NCBI GenBank assembly: GCA_051362555.1
Contig: CM120641.1
Coordinates: 8,122,001 to 8,186,000, forward strand
DNA from: Lingula anatina
Lineage: Eukaryota > Animalia > Brachiopoda
Length of the DNA: 64,000 nt
Direction: 5' to 3'
In this document: positions 14,191-27,359 of the stretch, one piece after another
Layout: each line of letters starts with the position of its first letter
Position numbering within the stretch: position 1 is the stretch's first letter
Notes under the pieces: generated by a model
The model's database searches: none
What the model was told of the DNA's origin: nothing
The model's input: only the letters and a program-made list of their open reading frames with translations
Made by a program: the position numbers and the translations under genes

Positions 14191-14726
14191 ATGGACCCGC
14201 AAAGCTTGCTGGGCCGTATTATGCGAAAAGCATGACTGGGTCTTAAAAATAGAGTCAAAATTCTCGTACAACATGAAAACAGCAGGTACACAAGTTGTAT
14301 TTTTGCAACACTCATGTCGCCACACATTGAAATGGCTAATAATCGTGTAAGCAAAAACCGGGAATGGAGCCTGTTTGGCCCCTAAAACGGTGTATGACAG
14401 ATTATTATACAGCTGTTCCAATGACCTCTGCAGTATGCACAGATCAAAAATGGACCCGCAAGGCTTGCTGGGCCACTGTTCGTTATATTTAAAAAGTAAT
14501 CTGAAAATGAACCCACTAATTCTTCATGTGACAATGTCACATACTCTTATAAAGGTGACCCAATATCATCTGAACTCGGGAGAATGTAATATGGAACGAC
14601 GAGACTTGATATGTGGCTGGTGGTGGGCATTGAAAGAAGTCTACGGCAACAAGTGAAAAATCAAAACTCTTAACACCATATGTCGATACTAATGTTTGAT
14701 CAACCCGCAAGACTTGCTGGGCTGAT
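14191..14726. repeat. Three spaced copies of a hairpin motif ACCCGCAARRCTTGCTGGGC
   Basis: Cores start at 14195, 14454 and 14703 (spacing 259 and 249 bp); the intervening sequences are not visibly similar. Confidence 0.85.
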
Positions 14727-14918
14727 GACTGTCCAGTACAGAGGTAGCCTTTAAAGGACCTGTAAAGTCATGCGCAATGACTACCCACATACAATTTCTT
14801 CTCCCTTTCCTCTGGATTAGGAAGATGGTGTGGATGCTGCAATGCGTGGACCACAGATTGACATAAGCAACAGCCGTCCTTCAGTTGAAGATGTAAAAGT
14901 TTAACTTGTAAAAGACAA

Positions 14919-15049
14919 GACTCCAACCATTCGTTGCTCTAGACGAATACATCCAAAGATTTAACTGTGGCATTACTGGTAGGCGACTCCACCCATTCAT
15001 TGCTCTAGATGAATACATCCAAAGATTTCACTGTGGCATTACTGGTAGG
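14919..15049. repeat. Tandem duplication, 2 x ~66 bp
   Basis: gactcca(a/c)ccattc(g/a)ttgctctaga(c/t)gaatacatccaaagattt(a/c)actgtggcattactggtagg at 14919 and 14985. Confidence 0.9.
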
Positions 15050-15219
15050 TGTCTGTGTACTGGCACATTCGCTGGGCAGTGGTGCTCTTGACAGGTATAC
15101 AACACTGAAAAATCAAAGTAAAAACGCACGCAGTATGATGGTCAAATATAATGCGAGCAAAGTTCGGTCAGCAGAGGAGACAAATGTGGTATGAAGGAGG
15201 AGACGGGGATGGTGGTGGG

Positions 15220-15802
15220 TGAAATTGTTTGAACTGAAGGTTTCAGTTGCAGATTTGAGATAACTTGTAGCTTGATTGTATCATACTCGTGAACAGAATG
15301 AATCAAGCAAAATGAGGCCAGGCAGTGATGCCCCATGGTATAAGTAGCAACATGTGCCTCAAAGGAGATTACCCCTCTAGGGCACAATTGAGCATGTGCA
15401 GAATGCCCACGTGCATAAATAAGCTCTGGAGATTGTTGTCGCCATAAAATGTCGTTTGACTACGCCAAACTTTCCTTTATGTCTCCTCCATCTCAGTGTA
15501 CCACAAACTTTTATAGTCTCATTCATAGCAAGAAAGAAGGCAACAAGGAATATTGTTTGTTTGTGATTTGGCCAAAAAAGGCCGCTTTTATTATATAACT
15601 CCTCTATCCTAATCGTATTAACAATAATAACAATGTAGCAAATTGTTGCCTGTATTAAATGTTATGGCCTTAGGGATAAAAATTATATATCAAATATTCA
15701 ATGAGACTCATCATCCTAAAAATTACCATGCGACGAGTCAGCAAAAGTTATTATTTACCAACAATTTTGCACAAATTTCATTTGTGGGGTTGCAAAGAGG
15801 CC
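15220..15802 (+). repeat. Internal B1-A2 junction (B1 15220-15479, A2 15476-15802)
   Basis: ...ccaaactttccTTTAtgtctcc... joins the element's right-end sequence directly to its left-end sequence. Confidence 0.95.
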
Positions 15803-16296
15803 ATAACCTTGACTGGTGCAAATGCACTGGGCAAGGAAAACCCCACAAAGGAAAGAATGAAGTAATCCAATGCAGTTTGGAGAACAATGAACTTGCACAA
15901 AAATAATGGCAATTAGTAAAAGGAAAATGAGTAAGTAAATGAATTACAAACTAAAAGTAGGTAACTTAATCGGCAAAGCATGTGCCCATGTGATATCCAA
16001 TAAATTTTGGGACGTTGTGTCCGCCTATGTCTTCGGGTGACTGGAGATTTTACACGCAAGGACCCTTAATTTCTTTGTGCAGTCGCAGTGACCGCTATCC
16101 GAGTAAACAAGCAACACCTGAATAAAGAACGTTTTGTCAACTGCAACTGCTAAATAGCTAGAGAAACTAAAACTTACCGCATACATGTAACAGTCAGCAA
16201 TTGTACTGTTGATCCTTGCTTGAAGTTGTGCAGAATCTGTCACTGTACGCTTCAACAGATCGAGTGAACTGCTGGAAAGTTCTCATAGAGGTAAAA

Positions 16297-16556
16297 TGAA
16301 ATTGTTTGAACTGAAGATTTCAGTTGCAGATTTGAGATAACTTATAGCTTGATTGTATCATACTCGTGAACAGAATGAATCAAGCAAAATGAGGCCAGGC
16401 AGTGATGCCCCATGGTATAAGTAGCAACATGTGCCTCAAAGGAGATTACCCCTCTAGGGCACAATTGAGCATGTGCAGAATGCCCACGTGCATAAATAAG
16501 CTCTGGAGATTGTTGTCGCCATAAAATGTCGTTTGACTACGCCAAACTTTCCTTTA
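16297..16556 (+). repeat. Split direct repeat B2 (260 bp)
   Basis: Near-identical to 15220-15479; two substitutions seen (gaaggtttc/gaagatttc, acttgtagc/acttatagc). Confidence 0.95.
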
Positions 16557-19402
16557 GAGGACCGTATGTATATGTTGTGGACCTGTTGTGGTATTTTACG
16601 TCTATAGTTTCGTCAACACAACCCTGCTGTCTTGTTTTTTCTGATAATACCCTTGTTCAACCAGAATCAGCATTCAAGTAGACTGTACTAACCAAACAAC
16701 TACAATATTTTAGCTATTAATATCACTTGGTGCTTGATCGACTTGTAGCCCAGCATACCATGACAGTTTTGCTCAAACACGTAGATTATAGAAATACATT
16801 TGCTGTTGTTGAGATGAGTTATGCGATAAAATAATGTTTGTATGTTATATATAATTGTACGGCAATCTATCTTAATTTATAATAAAACGTAAATGCAGTC
16901 TAATTTCAGATAGGTTTTTATTGTGTAGACGAAGGATGCCTCGATCCATAGCGGCAAGTTTCTAACTTAGGATAAAAGTTATATAATTAATAATTCCTGG
17001 TCAGTTATATCCCAAACTTAATCTCCCTATAATACGGGAGTAACAACAGACAAAAACAATCTCAATTTATCAATACGTTTTATTTAACATACTTTGCCAA
17101 ATAATAACAGAAAACGAGAGCAAGTACATTGCACAGACTTGACAATAGACTCACTATGACCTATGAACTTCATAAACAACCTCGATTCCAAAGAGATAAA
17201 AAAAAATTCTACCACCTCAATTCCTGAAAGTGGCACGACTTTTAGAACTACAGAAACAACCGGTGCTTTGGACATTTTCACACACCGACTACCGAACTTT
17301 TAGTTAAATTTACCCAGATTTAACAAATGAATAGCGTAGAAATGCCACACAATTCACCAAGTTTACTGCAGCTTGACAATACAAGTTTTTAAATTCAGTT
17401 GTAAATAGACACATACTCTTCCCTGTGCAGATTAACACCATGAAGAAATTTACAGGCCAAAATTTACATTCAATTGTTCTTTTTTTAAAACATTTCAAGG
17501 TGTCATCAGAATTATTATATCTAGACCAATATGCCAAAGGAGGTACATGAAGATGCTGTATGGCTTTACAATTACATACATGCATCTCAATATAGAGTGC
17601 AAAAGATTCTAATTGAGTAATCTGAAAAAAAAGTACCATTTCCTTATGCTGATCTAATATATTATATATATGAGATCAGATGTGGATAGGGGATGGAATC
17701 CAAACCCATCTTGCATAAACATTCCAAAAAGAATTGACAAGAAAGAGAGGCATTTGGAAAAAAAAATTACTGACATTACAACGTACCACATCCTGTTCAT
17801 TATAAAATGTATTACTTTACTAATGGAGCAGTTTCTGTACAGCAACTTGAAAGATATCAGATATATATATATAAAACAAAACATAACCAAACATATGAAA
17901 TGCTACGAAACCTATCACTAATGATGTGAACTCAAATTTTACAACACAAGGCAAAATGATCATAAGCCAGTCTTTTTAACTTATACATGAGGAATAAACT
18001 CCTACCTGTATGTGCATATTTTACTACATGCTAGCATTGTAGTCTGTATTGCCAAAGCTTTCACACATATTAATTATTATACTTATGCCACAAAAGCAGA
18101 TGTATTAACTGAGATTATATCATTCCTGTTCAGTGAAAAACATGAGGTACATGTCCTAGCCATTCGACTAAAATATCACAAAGTTTGGTATAATCACTCG
18201 TTTCTAAAGAAATATTCTAAATTCCAAAATTGTAAGTAAATAAATGAAGCTCACACTGTTAAAATCAATTTACTAACGATATATACTAAAAATCTTAGAT
18301 TTTTTAAATATGATGATAAATAATGAAGACCAGTGGTCTTCATTTTAACTATATTTGGAAGTCGAGCAGCAAGATACTTTTGCTGATCCCAACTGACACC
18401 CTCAACTTTGGACACGTTTTGAAAACGCAAGTTATATTAAATTACTAGGAGAAAAAAAAAACTTAACTAGTCTAAAGTTAGAAACATGCAAGTTTTATAC
18501 TTAAGTAATATCTGTTTTATATAGTTAAGAAGACACCAGTTTCCTGGAAACCAGATAAAGAGAAATTTCTGATAGGCTCAAGGGTGCATTACACCTTATA
18601 TAGGTCAGCCATAATTATATTTCGAACGCGTGCGCTGGTTCATTGGTCCTGTATAAAATGGCATTCAACTCAATAATTCCAACATCAATGGCATAATAAT
18701 TACAATCCACAATTAGACATCTATTTCTACAGAAGCCTTCTTTACAAGTCCTTTTACATCACAGTATCTACAGCTCCTTTCCACTTTTAAACTAATATAG
18801 CACATACAATTACAACAGTGAAGAACTTACATATAGCATCAATGAGAGCATAAATGGGAGCCATTACAGCTAAGCACAGTCATGATTATTGTTCCTACCA
18901 CTGATTATCTACAGCATGATATGTTTGACCCAGAACTTGTGCACTTAAGACTACCGTCCACAAACACATTTTTTCACAATGAGTATCAAATGTTTACAAT
19001 GTATAAAACCTGTACATCTGTATCTATCATACATGCTATTTAATTTGTCACTGATCTTTAATCAAATGTCTTTTCCCATGGATTTATACTCCCTGAATTT
19101 TCTGTCATGGAAAGTAGACTGGGGAGTACCCCAAGCACTCAAAGGTCTCCTGAATGAACCACAAATGCAGAATAAACTAGGAGTGGGCTGGGGGTTAACT
19201 GAATATTTAATTTTACTGCTGCAGTGTAAGCCTTAGTATCAGCTGAGGCAGGGTGAACTGTCAAAATATCTATATCCCAGTTTACAATAAGTACTGGGAA
19301 TGAAAGCAATTGCTACATGGTCAATGCTCTTTATCTTTATACTAATCCATTTCTTCTAATATCCTTTTAGAATGTCAAGGAGGCATAAACGCCCATTTGA
19401 TT

Positions 19403-22400
19403 TCACTCCAAAACCTCCAGCTCATCTTTAGACCCTGCTTCAATGTCCACTCTGCATATTGGGCACCTCTTGTTGGTGACCAGCCACTGATCCACGCACT
19501 CTATGTGGAACAGGTGCATACAGGGAAGACGCCTGAAGAACAGAATAGCGTTAACATGCAGTTTAATTTCAACACATTTTTTCTAAAACTACAATAATTA
19601 TCTACATGGGGCTGGGGGTTGGGGGTGTCCACTTACATTGGCAGTATCTTCTCTATTTTTTCTACACAAATTTCAAAATTGCATGGTTTATTTTCTAATA
19701 TGCCCTTTTAGTCTAGACTTTTAAGGAAAAAAAAAACAATAATAATTAAAAAATCAATCTAACCAATTTGCCGGTAACTAACTGGACTACCTAAACAAAT
19801 GAAAATTTAAATTTCTTCGACTCAGTAGGTTGTCTACACTTCACCTGACATCCTCATCCTCTTCCAGCTCACTGAGGCATATGGTACACTTCTCCATGTG
19901 GTTGCTATCATCCCCAGAGTCCTCCTCACACCTCTTCACTCGGTGATACTTGTGGGGGAACGTGTTCCGTTCTATCACCATCCTGGAGGCTCCACGAGGT
20001 ATAGGGCCATTCCTGTCATCCAGGTGGATCAGGTCCTAAGATACAGAGGATTTGAACAGTTTTAGCATTGTCCTTGGATATAAATTTATATTTAAGGGAT
20101 AATAACTCTTCGTTTCGGCCAAAAAATGAATTTTCCTGGAGTAAACAATAATTTTCCCATACTTACCAATGGTTAATGAATCCATTTTTACATTCAAAGT
20201 TAGTCCTTGGTTTTTTTCTAAAAAGTTTGCTTTTTTGTTAAAATCTCTTAAGAGCTGGTTTCAGTTAATTAGCTGGACAAATTTCAATAAAAACAACATT
20301 TTATCAGTGACTGCAATGCAGAACCTGTTCCATGATGCTGGTGTCATCTTTGTCACTTAAATCAGTCGAATTCAACTGCAATTCAAGAGAACACCTGTAC
20401 ATGTTACGACATCCCTGTGGCTTACCTCAAATCTGTATCTGTTCATGGATACTTGCACAGATCTTGGAGGGAAAAACTGATAGAACTGGTCAGGCAAGGG
20501 CGGGTACTGAAAATTATGAGATAATGGATTTATTAATCACATAGAATTTACCATTAATGCATTACTTTTAAGACTCCTTATCACATCGTCTGAAATTCTT
20601 CTATCCTGAAATAAACATGTTGTGAGCCATAAAGAACAAAAATCTGAATGTAATTTTCAATAACTTATGTTAACACTACATTTTTCATATTATTTACCAA
20701 AAGCATGGCAATTACACTTGACACCCTTAGAAAAAATGAAGAAAGCATCACCAAAATGACTGTTCCTTTCTGCACTTTGGTGCTTAGAAATAATTTCATA
20801 CACAATTCATACTAATATCAAGAATACAGGAATCATTCATTTTTTATTAAAAAACCTGTATGGAAAATCACAAGAATTTTTTTAAAATAGGGATGAGACT
20901 GCCATTTAGTGGAAAAGTCAGAAAAAATGGTGTGGGAGCCAGGGGGGGGCGCCTTCGCCAAGGTTTTTTTTTTTGGCTCCCCAAAAGTCAAAAATCCACT
21001 GAAAGTCAGAAAAATTTTATCCCTGTTTTAATCAAGGTTTATAAATCACCAACTGTTCACAGCATGCTTATTTCAACATACCATGGGAGCCCCTATGCTA
21101 ATGTGCATCCCAGGGGCGACACTGATGTGGTGCAGCCTGGGAGGTCCATGGTGATAGTGATGCAGGTGGTGGTGAAGGTGCTGGTGCTGGCCCTGGACAG
21201 TGGCACCACCATTAGCTCCATTGTTGTCCCTGTGTAGAAAAAAACAAGTCATCATTCTGTTTTTCAGTCACAATCATTTTCGTTTTAAACAATATAGTTT
21301 TAAAAAGAAATAAACCAATAGAATACATTTTTATTGTGAGTACAACACTGCTTTATTCAATAGCTCAATCTCATGTTCCAATGCTTTTCCTCCCTATTCT
21401 GACAAAATTTAGGCTCTTCTTAAAAAGGTAGATTAGATTTCACAGAGGAGTCATAACATACAGCACAAAGTGGGGAAAATATATATTGTCAAATCAGAAT
21501 ATTATCACAGCACCTGTAAGTTAGTGAATACTCACATGGGTGATGTCCTGATCACCACCTCAGCCATAGGCAAGGGCACTCTGCCCTGAGAGTAGTCTAG
21601 AGGCTGGGTGGTAGGCGACTGGTAGCCTGGGGGGTAGGGGTAAGGAGGGGGTGGCCTGGAAGGCACTCCAGCAGGAACACCTGGGTCTGCAGCTGGATTC
21701 TCTGGTAAATACTGAGGTATGGGGTTTGTGCTGTTATTGTTGCTGCTAGCATCTTGTTGATTGTTACTCATGTAAAACAAGTGGCTGCCAGACTGCATCT
21801 GTCGTATCCGCTGTGCATGTTGCTCCAGGAGGGAGCGCTGGTGTAAGGGGGTGGGTGCGACCAGGGTGGGAGGGGGCTGAGGGGTGGCTGAGGGTTGGGG
21901 TGCACTGAAGGGAGTGAAACATTGAGGGTGAAGGGGGTGGAAGTGAGGGTGGTGGTGAGCACGTGGAGGGGGATGGTGATGGTAACGACCAGTTATGGGG
22001 CAGTCTGAAAAAAAAAGTTTGCAAGTTAATAGCTACTGTATAAAAATATCAGCAGAGATATATTTTAATCCTGTATGTAAACAATTAAGTCAAATTGCTG
22101 AATAAAATAAGAAATAATTTATGAACTTAAATGCAGAGAATATCAAAATACCAAAATCTTGGGGAGTGCTCTTTGAAATATAACATCACCCTTCCAGCAA
22201 GCAGATACTGTCAAAGTTTTCTCCTGGATCACTTCTATTTTTCATTACTACTTTGGACAGCAAATGCTTAGGGTCTGAAAATTACCCACCTAAGCAAGCC
22301 TGAGCATTGTGTCCAAAGTTTTGATTATATCTGTGAGCATGTTGGTTCTGCAGGACACATGGTGGTCTCTGTGCGGCTCCCCCTGACTCCAGCTGTAGTA

Positions 22401-25400
22401 AAATACACAAAGGACTCATATACAAAGTATTTGTAACAGATCATTCTAATAATGCCAATAAAAAACAAATCTGGGCTCACTCTAGCGACCATTAGCTAAG
22501 CATTTCCGCAACAAAAAAAAAATATAAATAGAGTTACAATAATAGTTTTTTATACAACAGCTTAGCAGTTTTTTTTTGTGCTTCACTATTTCAGTGTTTC
22601 ATATAGGACACCACCTTCAGGATGTACAACTCAGGCATAGGTTACAATAACATCTGTTGCTACATTCAATGAATGTGTCTCATATTGTAATTTTGAGTTT
22701 ATGGTGCAGCTTATGAATTCTTTGCTGCATTGAAAGCTGGGCAAAAGTGACCAAATATTTATGCATTAGCCAAAATATTTCAGTATTAGGGAAAAGTTAC
22801 TCTGTGCTTATGTAAGACTGGTAGGGTCAGATGCAATTTTTATTGTGTGTGAGTGTGTATGTGGGAGAGGGGGGGTAGGTAGTGGGCAAAAAGAAATCAC
22901 TGTCTGATATCCACCGCATATGGCTTAACAAAAATCAAACTGATTGCTTGAAAGAAAGACCTTACATTTGTCTCACTCACCCAATTACATGCCTCCCCTG
23001 TCTCTGCACAGTGCTCATAGCGACAACTCTGCAGGTGAGCTGGCGGGGGCTGAGGATACTGGTGATGGTGGTGATCAACCCTCCTGGGATTGTGGTGGTG
23101 ATGGTGGTGGTGATACTCCCCGCCCTGGTGGCGCAAGCGAAATGGGTTAACTGGGCTGGCTCTGCTGGCAATGGGGACAGATGGTTGTCCACTTAAAGCA
23201 GGTGCTCCTGAGGATGATGACTGGGATGCACTGCTGCTACTACTGCTAGTGCTTTGAGCTGCTGCCTGCTGGGGTGCTGCTGTTGCTGTTGGTGGTGGTG
23301 GTGGACTTATCTGCTGTTGTTGTTGTTGCTGGTATGGGGGTGGTAGACACCGTCCACTAGCACTGCTGCTGCTGCTAGGCTCACTGAGTTCTGTTACAAG
23401 AAAGATTAACTAAGTTATTTTCATGGACATTTATTATAAATGTTACCAAAAAAAGGCTCACTACTTTTTGCATACGTAAAAACCTAGCAGAGTTGCAATC
23501 ACAATTATGCACTGTGGGCACATATTAAACAATATCAATGGTGCATTTTAATTTCCAGGGCCTGTATTCATGTTAAAACATCACGTGTAGCACTGTTGGC
23601 TCTAGTTCTTCATATCATTTGTTTACTTGAGGACTCACCATCATCAGACTCCGTCAGATCAACCACCACTGTGGCTGCCCTGTTGTTGGTCTTGCTCTCT
23701 CTTTTAGGTGTGGACCTTCAAGAGTTGACAAAATAAATTGATTAATTAATCTATTTTTGAAAATTATTTGTCAAAAAATGTTATCATGACAAAATGGATC
23801 ATACCATTTTAATAGATGCCATTCCTTTTACCAATTTTTTTATATTATGGAGCTTTATCACAAGTAAAAGATTAGTAAGGAAGCTGTATAATAATAATAA
23901 TAATTATAATAAAAAGGTTCTTACAGCACAAAAGTCACCAGAATCTAGAGCAAAATATTTTAGGGCAAACATGCCATCTTTCCATCTTGGCACTTATGTT
24001 AACAGTGAACAACATAGCTTCCATATAACTTACATTTTTATGTCCACAACTTCCACATCACTATCAGAATCTGAGGTAATCTGTATATCATCTGTCTCCC
24101 TTTTAATATAGCTCGTCCCAGAGCAGTCCCTCCTAGGGTTCCCACGCTCCATAATTCTGGCAATGGAATGTCCTAGAGCATGCCCACGATTTGTTCTCGG
24201 GGGTCCCCTATACTGTGGTGCTGCCCCTGGTAATGTACCTAAGGCATTATCAGTGTCTCTGAGGCAAGACAGCACTTCCACATCATTGCACTCAACATCT
24301 ATAGCCTCCTCCCTCTCTCTAAGTCCAGATTCACTGTTAGTATCAAACATACGATGGACATCCCCATCTTGTGAAGTTGAAGGTAAGTTTGTTGTGTTAG
24401 CCTGGGCAGCAAAATAATCCGCCATTGCATCCATTCTTTGCTGAGAATAATTATGATCCTGGCCTGGTTTGAGAGATTGTCTAGATTTATTTTTCTGATT
24501 TTTTCTTATATATTTCCCAATGTTGGCCAAGACTTCTGTTGCTTCCATTTCCAATGCTGCATCAGCATGAGGGTAGTAAGTATTAAAACTGGCATCGATA
24601 CTTCTCTGCTCTCGAGGGGAAGGTCCAAGAACATCCACATCTAAATCACTGTCTTCCGATTCAGACATCATGTCTATGTTATTTCTAGATTGCACAGGGG
24701 TTAAAGAGTCTGGGGACCTGTGAGTTGAAGTACTTGGGCCCGACTCATCAGTGCTACGGTGAGAGGCACCCATACCACCTGTCCAATTATCACGCATCAT
24801 GAAACCAGACACTGGGAATTTCTTAGTCTGTTCTTCCGCAGTACCAGTGCTAGAATTACGTCTCTTTCGTTGCAAGCTACTGCCATACCTATACATGCTG
24901 GCCTCATCAAGGCAACTCTGAGGGTATTTCTCATTCCATCGACTTGAACTTTGGCCTCCAGTGCTCTGAGCAAAGTCTAATGGTGGTCGGTCAAACCTGA
25001 ACTTACTATTGTTGTTCAAAGTAGGGAGACCGTCATCCCAGGAAAATGTGTAATCATAGTCATGGTCACTTCTCCTTTCTACAGGTGGGCTCCTTCCTGA
25101 TTCAACAGTCTCAGAATTTGAAGAGTTTCTAGACACTCTATGCCCAAGAACTTGTCCTCTCCTCTCTCTCCTACTGCTTAGAATATCATTAGGATTCACC
25201 ATGGTAAAAGGATGAGGAGGCAGATGGCTTTCAAGTCCAGCCTCTGTCTCATAGTTACCAAAGCCTCCATCTGTACATATAAACTCTGGTGGCGGTGGCA
25301 GGTCAGTGGTACGTCCACTGCTCCCAGTGTGATTACTGTAAGCTGAAAGGGTGTCTTCTCCTACTGTTGCTGCATTGGAACATGGGGAATCTGAGAAGGC

Positions 25401-26708
25401 AAAATGATCAAATAAGAAAATAAAGAATGAAATATATAAACATTTGTTTAATACCAACAACTTTGGGCAAATAATTTCGCACAAAGACCGCGACCAACGA
25501 ATAAGCAATAATGTCAGTGAAAGATGTGTACATTAAACAAAATTATCAATTATAATGCAAACTAGAATTTGTGCTTGGAAGCTGCTTCTGGTACCTGAAT
25601 GAGCTGCCCAAGCTCCATGTAATGGAGGTCCCACTGCATCCAGAGACACCACATCTATATCTTCTTCCTGGTCAGTCCACATAGCAGCCCCTTCTAACTC
25701 TTTAGTAAAGAAAACCATTCATAGATAAGACAGTAAAAACAAATATACAGTGAGGCATGAAGTACAAAATAATAAACTTTACCCCTACTTTAACCTCTCT
25801 ATTTATAAAGGATCGAACAAGGTTGAATCCATGTCCTTTCACTTTGGGACAGATACTCTAATCACAGGGCCATTCAGTCAATACATGGAAAGCACTTGCA
25901 AATGCTACAATAGCCTTCATTACGACCGCTATGTCACTTCCTATATTTGCTCATATACTAGTAATTATATCATGACCTTAAAGTTAAACTAAGCTGTGAA
26001 GTGGTTGCTAAGACTTCAACATAAACCCATCAAACCCAAAATAATTTTCAAGACTTTGGTGAGTCATCATGCCGAAATCTTTCATGACTTCTCTCTAATT
26101 TAGATTTTACATATACTTCATAGCAATAGAGTGCTTTGGGACACGAGATAGTGCAGTTGACAGTTTCTCACTTTGTCAGCACTCCACCACAGAGTGCAGA
26201 GTATCACACATTTTATTTTTGCTCATTGTGAACAAGGACATTTATATTTCCCATATTGCAAGCATACGTAGCTCAAAAATTCTTTCACTTTGACCCACTT
26301 CACATGTACATATCTGTGCTTGAGAAATTGCTAGAATCAAATTGTAAACAGTGTTTAGGCCTATCTCCTTTACTAATTATGTAACAAATTTCCACTTCCT
26401 ATGTCACTATTAAGGGGTGAAAATCAAGTGGGCAACTTTTGACTAATTTTTCAAAGTAGCTAAAAAAATTAAATGGTTTATTGATTCTCAATTATATTTT
26501 TATCTGTTGGTAATTTCAAGTGCCTATTTAACCGAAAAAAATTTGTGTGGATCCTACAATCAGTGTTGTTACTTAAAAAAAGATGTTCTACATCTTTCCT
26601 TCACTTACCAAGTCTGGTTGCTTGCACTCTGTAGGCCCTGATTCCACTTTTAGTTTTATGTGGCTCAGCACTAGAACCTGCTTCACCTGCCAATTTTGAG
26701 CCCTCATC
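19403..26708 (-). CDS. RNF111: E3 ubiquitin ligase Arkadia-like (RNF111/RNF165 family) with SIM cluster, His/Pro/Gln-rich middle and C-terminal RING-H2
   Basis: Phase-consistent minus-strand exons: 26609-26708, 25595-25699, 24034-25390, 23639-23715, 22981-23390, 22290-22392, 21536-22004, 21082-21229, 20426-20506, 19845-20035, 19403-19532. C-terminus reads [78 protein letters not shown], which closely matches Arkadia. Start codon uncertain; probable non-coding first exon ends at a donor at 31875. Confidence 0.88.
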
Positions 26709-27359
26709 CTATAACACAATGTACTTAGAATGAGTAAAAAAATACAATATGCAATGAGTTAATAAATATTCATCCCTAAATTCAATAAATTCCTTTTATT
26801 AAATCCCTACATATTTGCCATCTATTAACAATTCTTGATTGACTTTTTGCTTTTGTATCTTTATATACTTTTACTGCAAAAACAATCAAATCATACACAA
26901 GCAATTATAATCACTGTCCATTTGGCTTTTTTCAATACATCATTTTTGATAATTATTTCATTTGTCTATTTAATTACCTTTACTTGATCATTCAGCTACA
27001 TGCCAGACTCTACTGCTTCTACTTTTTTAATATAAGAGCAATATCTCACACATCATAATCAAAGTCAAACACTATTTTATAATTACAAAGGGAGTTTCAT
27101 CAATACACACCCATCTCTCCTATCCTTAAAATGTTTATTGTTTCCTTTCCTTTTTCTTTTCCTTTCTGCTGATCTCTATATGATTAACTACTTAATTTAA
27201 CTTTGCATGTTACATTCTCAATTATGGGTACTTTTGAACAGAATGATATGTTTTTGAGAATCACTTCCCTCAAATACTCAAATATATTAATGTTATCCAG
27301 AATATGTTGAATATTCTCCATTACTGGAAATAAACCAGAATGGCGGTGAAATCTAGAAG

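Larger units (their letters stand above)
13347..16556. mobile_element. Non-autonomous split-direct-repeat (A...BA...B) element, PAT/Ngaro (DIRS-order tyrosine-recombinase retrotransposon)-like
   Basis: A1 13347-13673 matches A2 15476-15802; B1 15220-15479 matches B2 16297-16556. The internal B-A junction and both outer ends share TTTA. No long ORF inside. Confidence 0.75.

Noticed and set aside
14191-14726. CRISPR array interpretation of the spaced hairpins
   Set aside because: Eukaryotic context, only three repeats, ~230-bp spacers and no cas genes. Kept as an unexplained array.
14720-14760. Hammerhead ribozyme core (CTGATGA after the third hairpin)
   Set aside because: No correctly placed GAAA after a stem II, and the motif is absent from the other two units.
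15009-15194. AHSLGSGA as a relic of the tyrosine-recombinase HSxRxG motif
   Set aside because: The catalytic Arg is missing and no convincing GRWxS..Y follows; too weak to call.
13514-15906. Duplicated short ORFs MLPVLNVMALG... (13514 and 15643)
   Set aside because: By-product of repeat A; TTG starts and no recognisable protein.
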